A stretch of DNA of 64,000 nt from Podarcis vaucheri (taxonomy: Eukaryota). The notes beneath the pieces were generated by a model. It searched no databases and was not told the DNA's origin. It worked only from the letters and a program-made list of their open reading frames with translations. The DNA lies in assembly GCA_965113315.1 (NCBI GenBank), contig OZ220367.1; one strand, 5' to 3'. This document shows, piece by piece, positions 22,851 through 36,605 of this stretch. Positions within the stretch are counted from its first letter, which is position 1. Each line of letters begins with the position of its first letter. The position numbers and the translations under genes were made by a program.

Positions 22851-25799
22851 GTGTAGAGGATAGGTGACATTTTGGAATCTGAGTGGATCCAAAAGCCAGG
22901 ATCTTGAGCCGCCCCATACCTCAGAGCAGAGACATCAGCCTCTGTAATAATGCGCCTCCAGGAAGAATCTAGTGTTTCTTTTGATAGAATATGCAATTTC
23001 CCCCCAACAATCTGTGTAAAAGCTTAAAAATGGGGAAAGGGGGGGAAGGGTAGGTTTGGGCTGAAAATAGACATTTGCAAAGGAAAAAGTTTTAGGAAAA
23101 GTACATAACCTTCAGTTGATGTTTGCAGGCCTTGCTTTGGGAAGATGTGTTGTTTAGATCAGAGGTGTAGAATCGGTGGCCTTCCAGATAGTATTGGAAT
23201 CCAAAGTCTCTTATAGTATATCCAAATTTACTGCTGGGGTTGCCAAATTCCATTTAGAAAGGGATTCCTGTGCCTTTCATGGCTACAAACAGAAGAGCAT
23301 TTTGCCAAATGCCGCTTCCGCCACCACTGCAATGTAGTGGTGAAGAAGCTGCCCAACGTCTCTACCTGTATCAGATTGGAGGTAGAAGATTTCCGGAAGC
23401 CACCTAATCCAGTTCAGATAGGACCTAACCTTTGCCACCTGCGTACAGTCCAGGCTAGAGTAATCCACAGAAAGAGAGCACGTGCACTGCAGAGATATAC
23501 CTACAGTTCATGTGGCCCTAGTGAGACAAGTCACATGCTACAGGCAGGGCTTTGTGCACACTGCAGTCCCACTGTTGCACCATGCAGGCATGGCTGAAGA
23601 AATCGTCACCTTGGGAATCTTTGTTTTCTTTGCTTTAATATAAGATTAACCAGCCCTTGTAAATTGCATGGTTTTCAGAAACAACGTAACTCTGTGTGAG
23701 CTAGATCTGTGAGAAACACTTTGAAGCGCCACATATGTACTTGTGGCTATGCTTAGCATCCAAAGGGCTTCTTCAGAAGTTTTGCAAATAGACCTTCCCA
23801 GAGTCGCTCGACTGTCCAAAGAAAAGAACCATGTGGAGCAAGCAGTGCCTGAACCACACATCACTGGATGCAGCCACTCGTTCTTGGCAGCAGTGGAGTG
23901 GTGCTTTATAGCAAGCATTAACATGAGCATGACAGCTGGAAGGAAAATGCAACTGTACTCAGGAATGCGCTAGGCCAAATCGTATGTCCTCTGTGTGGCT
24001 TGGGGATAACAGAATGAAGCAATATTAGTATATCTTGTATCTCTTAGAGTGTGGTATTTTGGAAATTCAGGAAGCCGTAACACCTATCTTTATTAACACC
24101 TATCTCTATGGGGGGGGGGGAATGTGTCACATGATCACTACCATACTGTGAGCCATTTGTTCCTTTTAATAGAAAACACATTTAGTAGTGGACTGTGTTA
24201 ACTGGAGTTCCAATATGGTCCCAATTTTTGGTGTGTGTGTCCCCCACCCCAAATTGTCTCTTGGAAACTCCTGTGGAGGTCTGCTGGTATTTAGTTATTA
24301 ATCATGTAAAAATGGTTTAATGTCATGTGAAATGTTAATTATTCTAGTCTTGTTCACAAGGCACTGTGGCTTCCTCCCAAGAGATATTGTTTTGTCCTTT
24401 ATTTCTACTGCAAGAACTATATGATTCAACGTGTTTCCCACCCTTCTTGTGTATTTTTTTCATTCCTTGCAGGCTTGAATCTAACCCATTCCAAGGCAGA
24501 CATTTGCAGATTAGGTGTCTAAGCAACTGGGCCTGTGAGTTATTAACAGGAAGGCTTGGTTTCCTACCAGGACTACTGTATAACTGACCTTGCTGTATGA
24601 ATCTGAGCCCTTTTGCCATATACCATTTGGTTACCAGGCAAGGTTATCTATAACCTGATGAAAGCTGATCAAGAAGGGGTTCACTAGAACTTCAAAGTGT
24701 TGCATGTAGAATTTTCCCTCCGAGCTCAAGGATCCAAAACAGTAACTTCCTTGCACATTTGATTATGTAATGGACAAAAGAAATTCTAGAAATTACAACT
24801 GATTTGTAAAGGACCAGCATTAGATGGAAAACAATTGGCAATTGTAGGATTTAAGACATTGTGACTGCTGAAATTCAAGATGAGCAAGATTTGGAGCTCC
24901 TTTAGAATTTCTGGATCTGGCATTTTCTGAAATGGAAAATTAATTTCCAAATGTAGGCGCAATTTTGGTTCAGCACTCTTGGATTGTTGACAAATAACAC
25001 ATTTGAAGGCCATGGTGTTTTTGAAAACACACACACACCTTTGTTGAATGGCTTCTAAAGAGGAGTGACTATAATGGGATTAACCAGAATGAGGGCACAG
25101 GATACACGATCAACTATTTCCATAGCAGTCCTTTTTTATTTTTAGCTTATTTTTAGCACCATTAGGTTAATCCTGGTGTTATAATTAGCACAGTTGCATT
25201 CCACATCACATTCATGGGAAATACCATGAGAATAACATGCAGAAACTTTTAAGAATAAACCAAAATCTCTACCTTTTCACACAGTACAAGACTGATCTGT
25301 GGGCCTGGCTCCCATCAGTGATGTGTATATTTTCCATTGCTCCCTCAAGAAGTTCAAGGCAATATATGTGGATTTATTCCATTTTTATCTCTCAGCAACT
25401 GTGTGGGGATAAACAATGGGTTAAAGCCAGAGAAGCTGTAAGAAGAAACTCCTTCATTGGACGAACCTTCTCTGGATCTAACAGTGATTGGTGCAAAGTC
25501 ACTGGATGGTATCCAACTTGTGTTTCTTGTCTAATGACCTCAGTGAGTCTACACTGAGTATGATTCATGTGGGATATCACCCTTTCAATTTTAACTTTTA
25601 AAAATTATTTATTTAAACATACATGCACAGTTGTCAGATGCCTAAGGAACAAGTTACCTAGGCTCATGACTTGAGTTGGGACCTGAATATAGATTTCCCA
25701 GAGCCACAGCAATACATGAGTTCTTCTTCATATGGCGCTTTCACAGCGCTTTAAATTGGGAAGCAATTTGAAAGGGATTCAGTTGCAGTCCTATGCACT

Positions 25800-25940
25800 A
25801 AAGATGGGAGAAACTTCTGCTCTCCAGATCTTGATGAATTTCCAACTCCCATCAGCCCAAACCGGCACGGCTAGTGGTTAGGAGTGATGGCAGCTGTAGT
25901 TCGACTGCTTCTGGAGTGCCACAGAGCTTCTTATCCCAGC
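25800..25940. mobile_element. Decayed copy of the same palindromic MITE family
   Basis: ctccagat...caactcccatca ... tgatggcagctgtagttc...ctggag layout. Confidence 0.6.
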
Positions 25941-26473
25941 CTATACTTTCTGTAGCACATGCCTAACAACCGTTTGTGTGTTGCTCTAAGCAGATGAAGG
26001 TCCGTTTTGCTTTGCCCCACTTGCTTTTCCTCAAAGGTCCCATAGATTGTTGCCAGACATGGATGTTGGGGTCTTCTGTGTATTTCTGCCAGACCTACAG
26101 GGAATTTCCCTGTCATGCGCCCGGGCCCGTTTGGTGTCGCACTACATGTGTGTATGAGTTGGGGCTTGACAGAGAAAAGCAAGCTACTTTGGTCGCCAGG
26201 GAGGGGCAGGTAAGCTGGATGCTATCTCTGCTTCCTTTGCAAGCAATTGCTTTGAATGCCTGGAAAACACCCTTGTCTGGAGTTAGGAGGAGCGTAAGGG
26301 GTTTGGTGGCGGCTGCCTGAGTGCTTAGGAGGGCACCACCGACCTACTCAAATGGAGAAAAGGGGAGTAAAAAAGGTTCTTTATCCCTTCTATTACATGA
26401 GGCATAATACAGTCACCTTGTTTGATATAAAGTTCACCTCCTCTCCCCTCTTGAGGAGAGTATCAGCTGAAGA

Positions 26474-26619
26474 CAGTGGCGTAGCGTGGGTTGTCAGCAC
26501 CCGGGGCAAGGCAAGTAATTTGCGCCCCCTAACCCTGAGTGAGCCAGGTAGGGGCAGAGAGCTGCGATGTTGTGCCCAGTGTGGCTGGCCCCCCCTGCAC
26601 CCCCCACGCTACGCCACTG
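26474..26619. mobile_element. Short non-autonomous hAT element (CAGTGGCGTAGC TIR)
   Basis: TIR CAGTGGCGTAGCGTGGG / CCCACGCTACGCCACTG; perfect 8-bp TSD GCTGAAGA. Confidence 0.92.
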
Positions 26620-28231
26620 GCTGAAGAGGCATGTAAATAGACCAGGTGTGGCAGTTGTTTTCCTGGGTGTGTAGAGATTAGGGATGTGAAGCAGGTGGGG
26701 AAATTGGGAAGGGGGTCCTCCCCATTCTTCCAGGTTTTTTCCTGGGTTTCACGCCTCTAGTAGTGATATTTGCAGTGTGTTTGCACTGGGAGACAAGCCT
26801 TTGAAAGGGGTACACATAGCTTTGAATTTAAAGGTGTGAATGGACATGTCTGGAGGGAATGGGGTACAAGATGTTCCTATATTAGTAGCCAGAGGAAGGC
26901 AGGGAAATTCCTTCAGGCCTGCTCTTATCTTGTTTTGGTCCTTGTTTTGGTTACGTGGCCAGCCTGTATTTAGTTTAGCCTCTGGAAAGGGGATTTTGAG
27001 GGTGTGTTTGTAGCCTGCTTTTGTGTCACAAAAGACTGAAAGTGAAAGGGCAGGAGCTCAAGGGCATTTTATTTCTTGATTTCCTATGTTCCAGGACTGA
27101 ACTTTGTCTCCAATTAAACCCTGATTGTGCCAGTAGCTACACTGGCACAAATGTTTTGGATTCAAGTAAATCGCTCGAGAAAATGGGGAAGAGGCTTCCC
27201 TTTCTGGTTCTATTGCTGCTTCTCTATATTTAGCTGCAGTTTTTCTTCTTCTTACTCTTTTCCGTGTTTAACCAAACGCCTTACGTTAGTTGCTGTGTTT
27301 TAATTTTTTACATTTCTTATTTTGTTGACTTGATTTCAGAGTTTCTTTACTTAGAAGCTCTGGCTGAAAGGGTGTGCAGCCTTTTAAGTAAATAAACTAT
27401 TTCAATGCAGCTTATCTCTTAATCGGCTGGAACTACTGAATGGGGAGGAAAATTAAACGGCAGCTTCCATCGAGGAGGAGAAAACAGTGCTTTCCATTTG
27501 GCTCCATTATATTTTGTTTTAAGCGTAAAGTAGGAAAGCCTTCAAAAAGCTTTCTAAACTGTGGTAGCCGAGTCTGTTTCCGAACGGTGTTGCCAGCTGT
27601 GTATTTCCTGAGAGTAAGGTCATGTGTTTTTGCATTTGTATTTGACAGCCTGCACCTATGAGCAGAGTTACCGAGGACTGGCAGAAAGCCACAGCCGTGT
27701 TACTGTGCCTGGCTCAAGGGTTTGGAGCACTTATGTAACACAATAGCAAAGGAAATACAGTCTCCATCCATCCCCAGCCCTTCGCTGGCTTTCCATTTCT
27801 GGTTTTGTTACTTAGCAAAATCTTGGGTTTCGTCCTTTCTCTGCTAGAGAACAAACTGGCCAATAGGAACCTGCATCGAAACAGCAGCAACCAATGGAAG
27901 GGTGGCTGGGAGGGTGGGGGGTGGAAAGGAGAGAGAAAGATTTGATTGTCTTTTGGGTTAAGGATGAAGCAAACCCGTCAAGTCATATGATGGCTTTACA
28001 AGATAAGCATATGACCTGGGAATTGTTTATGGAAGGATGCCCCTGCTTGCTTTCCTGCTCTCTCTCTGAACATGCAGAATTTATGCAGATGCCTCTTATT
28101 ACTTGGCCCCAAAATGATACTCTTGCAATGATTTATTAATACGGGCTTGGCTGCTTGTCTCCAGCCATTATTTTTCTCCTAAACGATGCCTCCCTCCTCT
28201 GCATTTTTGTAGAATACAATTTAACTCTGTA

Positions 28232-28236
<5 letters not shown>

Positions 28237-28287
<51 letters not shown>
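28237..28287. repeat. (AC)25 microsatellite
   Basis: Directly visible. Confidence 0.97.
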
Positions 28288-28291
<4 letters not shown>

Positions 28292-29526
28292 ATTTCTTGA
28301 AAATACGCTTTGTGTGTTTTTGTGTGTGCGGTTTGTTTTTTATCCTGTAACCATTGTGTAACAAATCCAGACAGGAACATTTCCTTTCCTCTTCTCTGCC
28401 CCTGTTCAAGCAAATATGCTTTCTGATTTGAGGATTGAGTTAGGCTTGTGATTGAGAGAAAAAACTTTGTTCCCTTTAGAGACATTTCTCCTCTTTTAAA
28501 AGAATAAGGCTTTTAAGTCCGTCATCGCAAGACAAGCTTGGTGTTAAGCCACATGGTACCTTAGCAGAATGTGACTGGGTTCTCTTAAGATTGTGCATGC
28601 CAAACCAGCGACATTGTGTGTTCTGTGTAGCTGGCCCAGTTATGGGGAAGGGGGGGATACATTGTTTAAAAAGTGCTGAATATGTCACCTATGTTTTGTG
28701 ATCCTACTATTTCCTGCATGAGGAATTTTGCAATGCAGCCTTGGGCATATCTTTAGCCTTAAGAAAGTATGAGAGGGTCTCTGCACCCCCTTCTCTTGTT
28801 TCTTGTATAAAAATGGCTGCTGCTGTGACTTCTAATAAATAAATAAAATGTGCCAATGATTCCTGAATTAAGCCCCTTTTGGTTTGCATTAATTGAATTG
28901 GTCCAAAGATATATTTACGCTAGCAATCTTTGCCTACTTGGGTAAATACAAAATCATTCCTTTCCTTGCCTGCATCAACCTATTGTGTATCAGAAAAAAG
29001 GGTTTTTCTAGAGCCTTTTTAGTGTAACTCTTTTTTCCTTTTGCAGATAAATGGTTAAACATTGAGCTGCAAAATAGGAAGGGAAATGCAAGTGACATTC
29101 CATATAATCTGAGACTAAAAATGATTGCAAGTATTTGTGTCCATGTACTTTGTGATCAGATATGACCTGTTGGTATCTTACAACTCTTAACTGGAAATCC
29201 CTGGGGGTTGTATCTAGCTAAATTATACTTTGTGAGTAGCCCCATTGAAATCAGTAGGCCTAAATGAGTCATGTCCATTAATTTCAGTGGATCTGTTCCA
29301 AGTATGACTTACATTGGATGCAAATCCCAGGTTTGGGGGTGGAGGTTATCTCTCTCCTGCCCTCTTCCATGTGAGGATATGAAGTGACTGCTTGTTGTCT
29401 CTCATAGTGGAAGTCTGTGTGGCTCCCCATTTGGTGCAGAGTTTAATATGTTTTTAGTGTGCAGTGAGTCTAAAAAAAAAAAAAAATCTGCTTAACTTCT
29501 GTTAGTCTCCAATGTAAACTCAAACG

Positions 29527-29887
29527 TAAAGGTAAAGGTACCCCTGACTGTTAGGTCCAGTCGCAGACGATTCTGGGGTTGCAGCGCTCATCTTGCTTTA
29601 TTGGCTGAGGGAGCCGGCGTTTGTCCACAGACAGCTTCCGGGTCATGTGGCCAGCATGACTAATCTGCTTCTGGCGAACCAGAGCAGCACATGGAAACGC
29701 CGTTTACCTTCCCGCCGGAGCAGTACCTATTTATCTACTTGCACTTTACGTGCTTTCAAACTGCTAGGTTGGCAGGAGCTGGGACTGAACAACGGGAGCT
29801 CAACCCGTCGTGGGGATTCGAACCACCGACCTTCTGATTGGCAAGTCCTAGGCTCAGTGGTTTAGACCACAGTGCCACCCGCATCCC
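29527..29887 (-). mobile_element. Sauria SINE (full length)
   Basis: Reverse complement of the 41488-41838 copy; (CCTTTA)n tail and tRNA-like head with GGTTCGAATCC B box on minus strand. Confidence 0.92.
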
Positions 29888-31729
29888 AAAAACTTAACCC
29901 CAAGAAATTAGAATCCATTTGCATACCTGCTGTGAGAGGTCTGCAAAATGTTACAATGCAGTGGCGGGGGGGGTGGACATTGGGTGAAGATACACATACA
30001 TTACAAGCAGCTTCATGGAAAAGCATGGGAAACACTCCCACATGGCAGTGGCTCCGGGCAGCAGTTATAATGTGGCATCAGTGCTGCCTCATGAAACCAC
30101 TAACACATGGGAAAGCCACTTCTATGAGATGGTCATAATGTACAAATCTGTCCGAATACATGGAAAAGACTTCTCACAGGGATCATTCTGAATAAGGAAA
30201 GAGCCTCCACACCGGGTTCTGACGCCACTGGGAATATGGTGTGGTAGTGTGTGTGTGTGGGGGGGGAACCTTGTTGTGACTGGTTCTTGTGCAATATTGC
30301 TGTTCGTGGAGCTATCACTGTGAGTAAACATTTCCACCAGCACTAATGTGGTAGCTTTAGTAGGAATCCCTATCTTAATTGTGGCGGTGCACAAAGACCT
30401 CATATTCTGGTGTTTAAAACAGTAAAAAAGTGCTCCCTGAATTGCCCCCTCAGTGTTCTAGCCCTAATCTGCAGGGAATCTACAATTATCATTCATAAAC
30501 TTCGAGTTTTGGCAGGATTTCTGCCGTCACTGTGCCCAAGAGGCAGAGGAGGCAGTGTCTGGCCCTGCATGTGCGTGGTACAGTAGGGCTCCAGAGCGAT
30601 GCAGTAAATGCTCATAAAAATAGGCTTCCTCCCCGAGCATTATATAATCAGAGGGAGTGATGTCATTTGTAACTGTGGAGAGTATCTCTGAAATTGCAGC
30701 CCTCCGCAGATGGGTGACTGCTCACCAAGGGAGAGGAGGAGAAGGAGACCCGTCTGACTGTGGTGTGACACACTGCAGTGTGGGGTTTTATAGCTTGAGA
30801 GAAGGAGAAAGCACAGGCTGGCAGGGTGAACAATCTGTCTTTAAACACGCACTCATGTGCTTGTCGCATAAGCTTTGTTCAAGGGAAATATGAAATTATA
30901 TCCATGTGCGCCCACTTAAGGAATGTCGGTGGGTGTAGGCTTTTCTCATGCCTGCCTGGCAAGGTGAGCCTCCCAAAACATACTGGATCTCATCCACCTT
31001 TGCATCAGATCAGCCTAATCCAGCCAGGATCTTTGCCTCTTTCATTTCAAATGGATCTTGCACGTGTACTCTTATGGCTAGCCAGCAGTTTTCTGTCGAG
31101 AGATGTAGAAGCTGCAGAACTCCAGACTCTGTAGCTACATAGCAGAGTCGAATTTGACCCACGTTTGCAGGAGTCTTCTCTTGTGTTTTAACGTGTTAAA
31201 ACTACTTGTGGCCTGTTTTGAGAATGCAAAGCACCTTCCTTTATTAGGTCAGTATGAACATGGAAGCTGGCCTCATTCATTCCTCCCACACTGTTCTCCT
31301 TCATAATGATACCTTTCAGTGCTACAAAAAGTGGTGTGCTTTGAAACTGGTACTTCCTGTCTCTGCAAAGGGCCTTGCGTCAGTCATTTTTACCCAATAA
31401 AGATCAGGAGTGTGGTTGATAGGCTACCAGGTCAACCTTGGTGCTTGCTTGTTTATACCAGTACAAAAGGTGTGTCAGTCTGCAGCCAGACAAATATGAC
31501 CTGAAAAAGTTGTGCGTGGTTTTTATTAAAGAGAATTTATATACCACATAGCATTTTTGGAGCATTCTCATAAGTGGTTTGCAATATATAGAATTTAAAA
31601 TCAAAATACAGTAAAATATACAAATAAAGATCAAAGTACAATAATCGCATTGTAAAAGTTTCGTCACTTAAATGAACAAGTTGGCAACTGAACATGGTAA
31701 CCTGCTCAAGCATCAGAATGAGGCCTGAG

Positions 31730-32080
31730 TAACACACAACCAGGTTTTCAGATATGTTTGAAGTATCTTGGGGGAGAGTTTTCCAGAGGGTTGGGGCTAC
31801 ATTTGGGAAAGGGCTGTTTTTGTAAGGTTTCTGGATGGCAATCCACAGTCTGATGACTGTAAAGGTCAAGTTGGGCTATTGTAGGAAAGGCTATCTGCTG
31901 GGTATTCGGATCTCTAGTTGTTTAGAGATTTATGTGCCCGTAACAAAACCTTGAAACTGTAGAAGTAGCCATACCATTTGGTATTTTAGCTGCTGCATTC
32001 TGTGCTCACTGCAGCTTCCAAACCAAGTGGAAGGGAAGCCCCACATAGAGCAGGTTGCAGTAATCTAAGTGTGAAAGTTG
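31730..32080 (-). mobile_element. Decayed L2-like LINE fragment
   Basis: Minus-strand remnants FPNVAPTLWKTLP and ...ttagattactgcaacctgctctatgtggggcttccctt; boundaries approximate. Confidence 0.55.
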
Positions 32081-34063
32081 CAGTTGTTGGGGATTAATAT
32101 GACTGTACTGATGCCCCTCCCTCAAAAGAAAAGGTGGGAAGTTTCCACATTTCTCCCCTCTTCTGCTGGAATAATCTATGCATGTGTTTTAATCTGAAAC
32201 CAGGTTCTCTTGATAAGTAGTGGAGCTTTACAGTTCCTAGTTCCTCTCTCAGGGAGCCTTCAACAAAGCCGCCCCCAAGTTAGACCTGCTTTCCTTCCTA
32301 TCATAAACTGCATCAAATATTTAGTCCTTTTGCCTGGGCACCTTTGGTATGTATTTTAAATAAGGGCGCCTGTTGCTCTGCGAAAGTCCTGTTGTAGACT
32401 AAGGAGACAGATTTAAGTCCTCAGAATCTAAGTGCCCCTGCTAGATGTCTTTGAATAAGGGACATTTGGTGGGTGGGGAAGCTGGTAACTTTGATATCAA
32501 AGCTTGGTCTGATAGGTCGTCTGCTTGTGAAGCATCCTGTTCTGCGGAATTTATTGTGATACTAAGCAGCACATGGTCAACTCCCATCCTGCTTGGATTG
32601 CAGGATGCGCAAAAGCCAGTTGGTGTGTACTTTGCCTGTCCATTTAGGAGCATTTCAGGAAGCATCTACGTAGGTCACACGGTGTAGATACAGAGAGGAA
32701 ATGATTCTCCAACATGTTGCAGAGGAGGACGTTATCTGCAGAACGTTGCCTTTGTTCTGACTCAGCCCACAAGCCTACCACCTGGATATGAAATTCACCA
32801 GTTCTTTGCACTGGTTCCAACTCCCAATCCTGACCATCTAAAAATTCATCCTTACGTCTCCTGCAGACTATGGATTCATCCACATCTACCACTTGGAATT
32901 AATTGCTTAAAATATAATGGTAGTCTAGATTATCTAAATGTGCAAGGCTGATAAAATGCGGAGACGGGAAGCCACCCTATTATGTACAGAAAGCTTTTCT
33001 GAATTTAAAGGCACTGCTTTAGATTTGAGGAAATATTTTCACCCCTGGTGTCTGGGCGAGATATTATGTTATGTCAGCATAACCTGCATATTAAGAGCTG
33101 GTAAGGTTGACTCCTAATGCTATGGGAGGTAATTACCTAGCAAAAGGGCAAATATTGAGAGGTGATGAAATGTGTTACCTGGTAACTATCATGTTCTGCA
33201 TTTTGACTATCTCTGAAGGAAAACAGGAAACCACCTTTTACCAAATCAAAACTTTGGTGCACTTGGTTCAGTATACTCTACACAGACTGGCAGCAACCCT
33301 CTAGATTTTTCTTCAGAATTCTTTTCTCTCTGATTCTTTTCGTGGAGATGTTGGGAAGTGAGCTTGGGATCTTTGCTATGCAAAGCCTCTGCTCTTCTAG
33401 TGAGGCCCTGAAGCTGAATTCATGGATTCCTCTCTCTCTCTGAGTCCATGAATCAGAGCCACTTCTGAGTAGACAGTTTATAGCCATGAGAAATACACAC
33501 ATATCATGTCGGGTACAAAGAGCAAGATCCTTTCATTTATTTACAGTATTTGTATGGCACTTTTCTGGCAGACCTCACAAAGCGGCTTACGGAAGATTAC
33601 AACAACAATAAGCACCTGCTTTTTAAAGAAGGGTTACAAAAAGTGGAAAAGACAACCTGTTTGTTTAGAAGAAGCTGTTGGTTCTTCTTCTCCCCTCCCC
33701 TCCCCTCAGGGCAGGTGGTCCCTTCAGATGCCCCCGTGGTGACTGTTCAAAGTTTTTTTACACAGCTTAGGACCCAGGCGGGTTTCAGGTCATCTTTTCC
33801 ACCCAGTCACTGAGTTTGCTGTCTTAAAGCTCTCATTTGGGTGCTTCTACCTTTGGAGGCAAGGCAGTGACCTGGAGAGAGCCATCTCTGAACTCTTTTC
33901 CCAGGAAGTTTCACCTACATCATGGTCATTTTGACAGCAATCAAATACCTTTTTATTCCTCCAAGCCTTTTTAAAACCTTGGAAGCCACTGTGAGAGCTT
34001 TATCTGCTGTTTTGTACTATACATCATCAGCTGGTTTTTTTTTGTCATTCCTTTGGAGCTTTT

Positions 34064-34099
34064 TTAATAACTACTACTACTACTACTACAACAACAACT
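34064..34099. repeat. Compound trinucleotide repeat (AAT)(ACT)n(AAC)n
   Basis: Directly visible. Confidence 0.9.
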
Positions 34100-34295
34100 G
34101 TGATCTACTCTGTGTGCCCCTTTTGTGTCAAAGTTGTGGGTTATGCGTCCTGTCAACATAGAATCCCTCAATTTCATATCACCCGCCTTCAGTGCTGCCA
34201 GACAAGGGGACTTGTTTCTGCATAACAATTAAAGCAATGTAATTAGTTTACCCATAGTTATACTGTGCCCTCAAGTCATACGATGATCTTACGTT

Positions 34296-34715
34296 CAGCG
34301 GCGTAGCATGGGTTGTCAGCACCCGGGGCAAGGCAAGTAATTTGCGCCCCCTAACCCGGGGCAAGGCAAGTAATTTGCAGCCCCTAACCCCTAACCTGCC
34401 ACCGCTGCCAGCTTCTTCTTGCTGCTGCCTGGTCTGGTCTGGTGTGGTTCTCTCCTGCGCTCAGCGCTGCGCTGGGCGGCCGCTGCACTGTCCCTCCCCC
34501 AGATAGTCCCTCGCTCTCTCTCCGCACCGCACGCCTGGCACCCACCCCCTCCACAGTAGGCGGCGACCCAGCGGCTCGGATCGGATTCGCACAGCCAGCA
34601 CTGCAGCGAGAGTGAGTGAGTGAGTGAGCCAGGTAGGGGCAGAGAGCTGCGAGTGCGAGCGCGCGCCCCCCAGATGTTGCGCCCGCCCCCCCTGCACCCC
34701 CACCCTATGCCACTG
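34296..34715. mobile_element. Longer member of the same hAT family
   Basis: Same termini and subterminal sequence as 26474-26619; TSD cttacgtt/cttacatt; GC-rich interior. Confidence 0.92.
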
Positions 34716-36440
34716 CTTACATTGCTGCAGTGAGATGGCTGGACAAATCTGAGTGTATTTGCATAAACAGTCCTACATGGACCTCCCCTAATTCGAATTA
34801 GTCGCTACCCTTCAAGTCCAGCAAAGCCCTCCTAAGGCATTTGCAAGTGCACCTGTTGCTGGGGTGGGAACCATTAACTTGTGTCAACTCCCTGTGTCAA
34901 CCAGCAGCTGTCAATATAATTTTGTTATCTGAGTTGCGGGGCCCTCTTGACTGGCAGCATGGGTGAAGTGCTATATACTTTTCTTTTTCCATTTTAGGAA
35001 AGATACGAAAGCCGGGGCAAGAAATGGAAGTTTAGTATGCATTTTTGTCTTCCAGAGTTTTTAAAGGTTTTATTTTTTTATGTGTTAAAAAACAAATCCA
35101 GCAAAGACAAAGCCAGAGCCTTGGGGCTGTTTTTCCAAGTGAATTACAGCCTTTTGTGAAGAGTTTTTTTGGAATTCGAACACTGACAGGCTGTCCTCTC
35201 TAGTGGGTGCTCCTCTTCCTCTGACAGTTCATCAGCCAAACCCCTGACCCCACCACCCTTAATCATCCTTGCTTGTCAGTGATATAATTGTGCGATTACC
35301 AACACCTCCCCCCTCCTGGACTCCTTTCAAATTACTAACAATAGTCCATGTGAAATACAAAATGTAAATGAAGCACCCAGACTAATTTTTCGGCCTTCAT
35401 TCAGATGGACTGAGCTTGCATTCCCCTCCTTTGTCTATGAACATGACTGATGAAGGCTTTCAGGAACTCGGGAGGCCTTCAGTGTAAACGGAGAGGCTGA
35501 CGTCATGGTGTTATCGATTTGGGGATTTCACTTTCAGTCGCAAGTTGTGAATGAGCATTGGGGAGATTTCTTCAGGCGAAGGATGCAAGAACAAACAGCT
35601 ACCAACTCTACCTTTATTTAGTTCAGAAAGTGGGCATTTTGGCCATTGTTGAGTGTTCTGCATCATCTTAAAAACGGTTCGGGGGGGGGCGGAATATAAC
35701 TTGTCCTCACCTTGCCTCCCTGTTTCCTATCCTATTTGAAATTCAGGTTTTTAGCTGAAGAAACTGGCTCCTTTGCATATATTCCTTTAAAGCACCATGT
35801 ATGTGGGTGGCACTGTATTAAATATTTTGATGGGAGTGTTTAATAAAATAATTTTGCATATTGAATTCAAAATGAGCTCTAACTTGATTCTGTGTGTTCA
35901 GTTCCTCCTCACTTCACCTCAGTGTAGTCTGCATGGTCTTATCAGGGTCAGGAAGGTCTTTATTTTGACCTAAGAATGGATAGATGTGCTTTTTATCTAG
36001 TGAGGTGCTGGGAACAGCCACAAGTGGAGATATGATGAAGGACTTTTCCCAGGGAACGGGGTGTGTGGGAAGTAAAGGGTCCAAATAAGTAAACATATGC
36101 ACATATATACCTAGAATCCAAGGCTACCCTTTCTAGTAGATCCGTGACTGAGCAGCAGCGAGGCCTGGGTAGACCTGACTTCTGAGAAACTTGTATTCCA
36201 GATCCAGTCCTCTATTGCTTTCCATGAGTGACTTGGCATCCAGACAGCTTCTTTCCACCTCTAGCTGTAACTCTGAATTCTCTCCCTGGCTCCCTTCACC
36301 GGTTTTAGCCCTACAATAAACTTTGCAGCCCCCTCCCTCATTGTGTTTCCTGAAAGTGGGGGAGCTGACATGTTTTTAGTAGGCATTGTAAAGAGTACAG
36401 TGAAGGCAGACCTGTTCAGGGAAGTTTTTAATGCCTGATA

Positions 36441-36605
36441 CAGTAGTACCTCTGGTTATGTAAACTTTGGAATGCAAAAGTGGCAAACCCAGAAGTATTT
36501 TACTGGGTTTAGCCACATGCGCAGAAGTGGTCCTCTGGTTGTGAAAACCTCTGGATACGGCCGGACCTCCGGAACGGATCCCATCCACAACCAGAGGTAC
36601 CACTG
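36441..36605. mobile_element. Tigger-like MITE (CAGTGGTACCTC family)
   Basis: TA|CAGTAGTACCTCTGGTT ... AACCAGAGGTACCACTG|TA. Confidence 0.88.

Noticed and set aside
30630-30680. TATA-like TATATAA as an internal MXI1 promoter
   Set aside because: Single short motif with no supporting first-exon donor identified.
34450-34700. CpG island or internal promoter
   Set aside because: Lies wholly within a TIR- and TSD-bounded hAT element.
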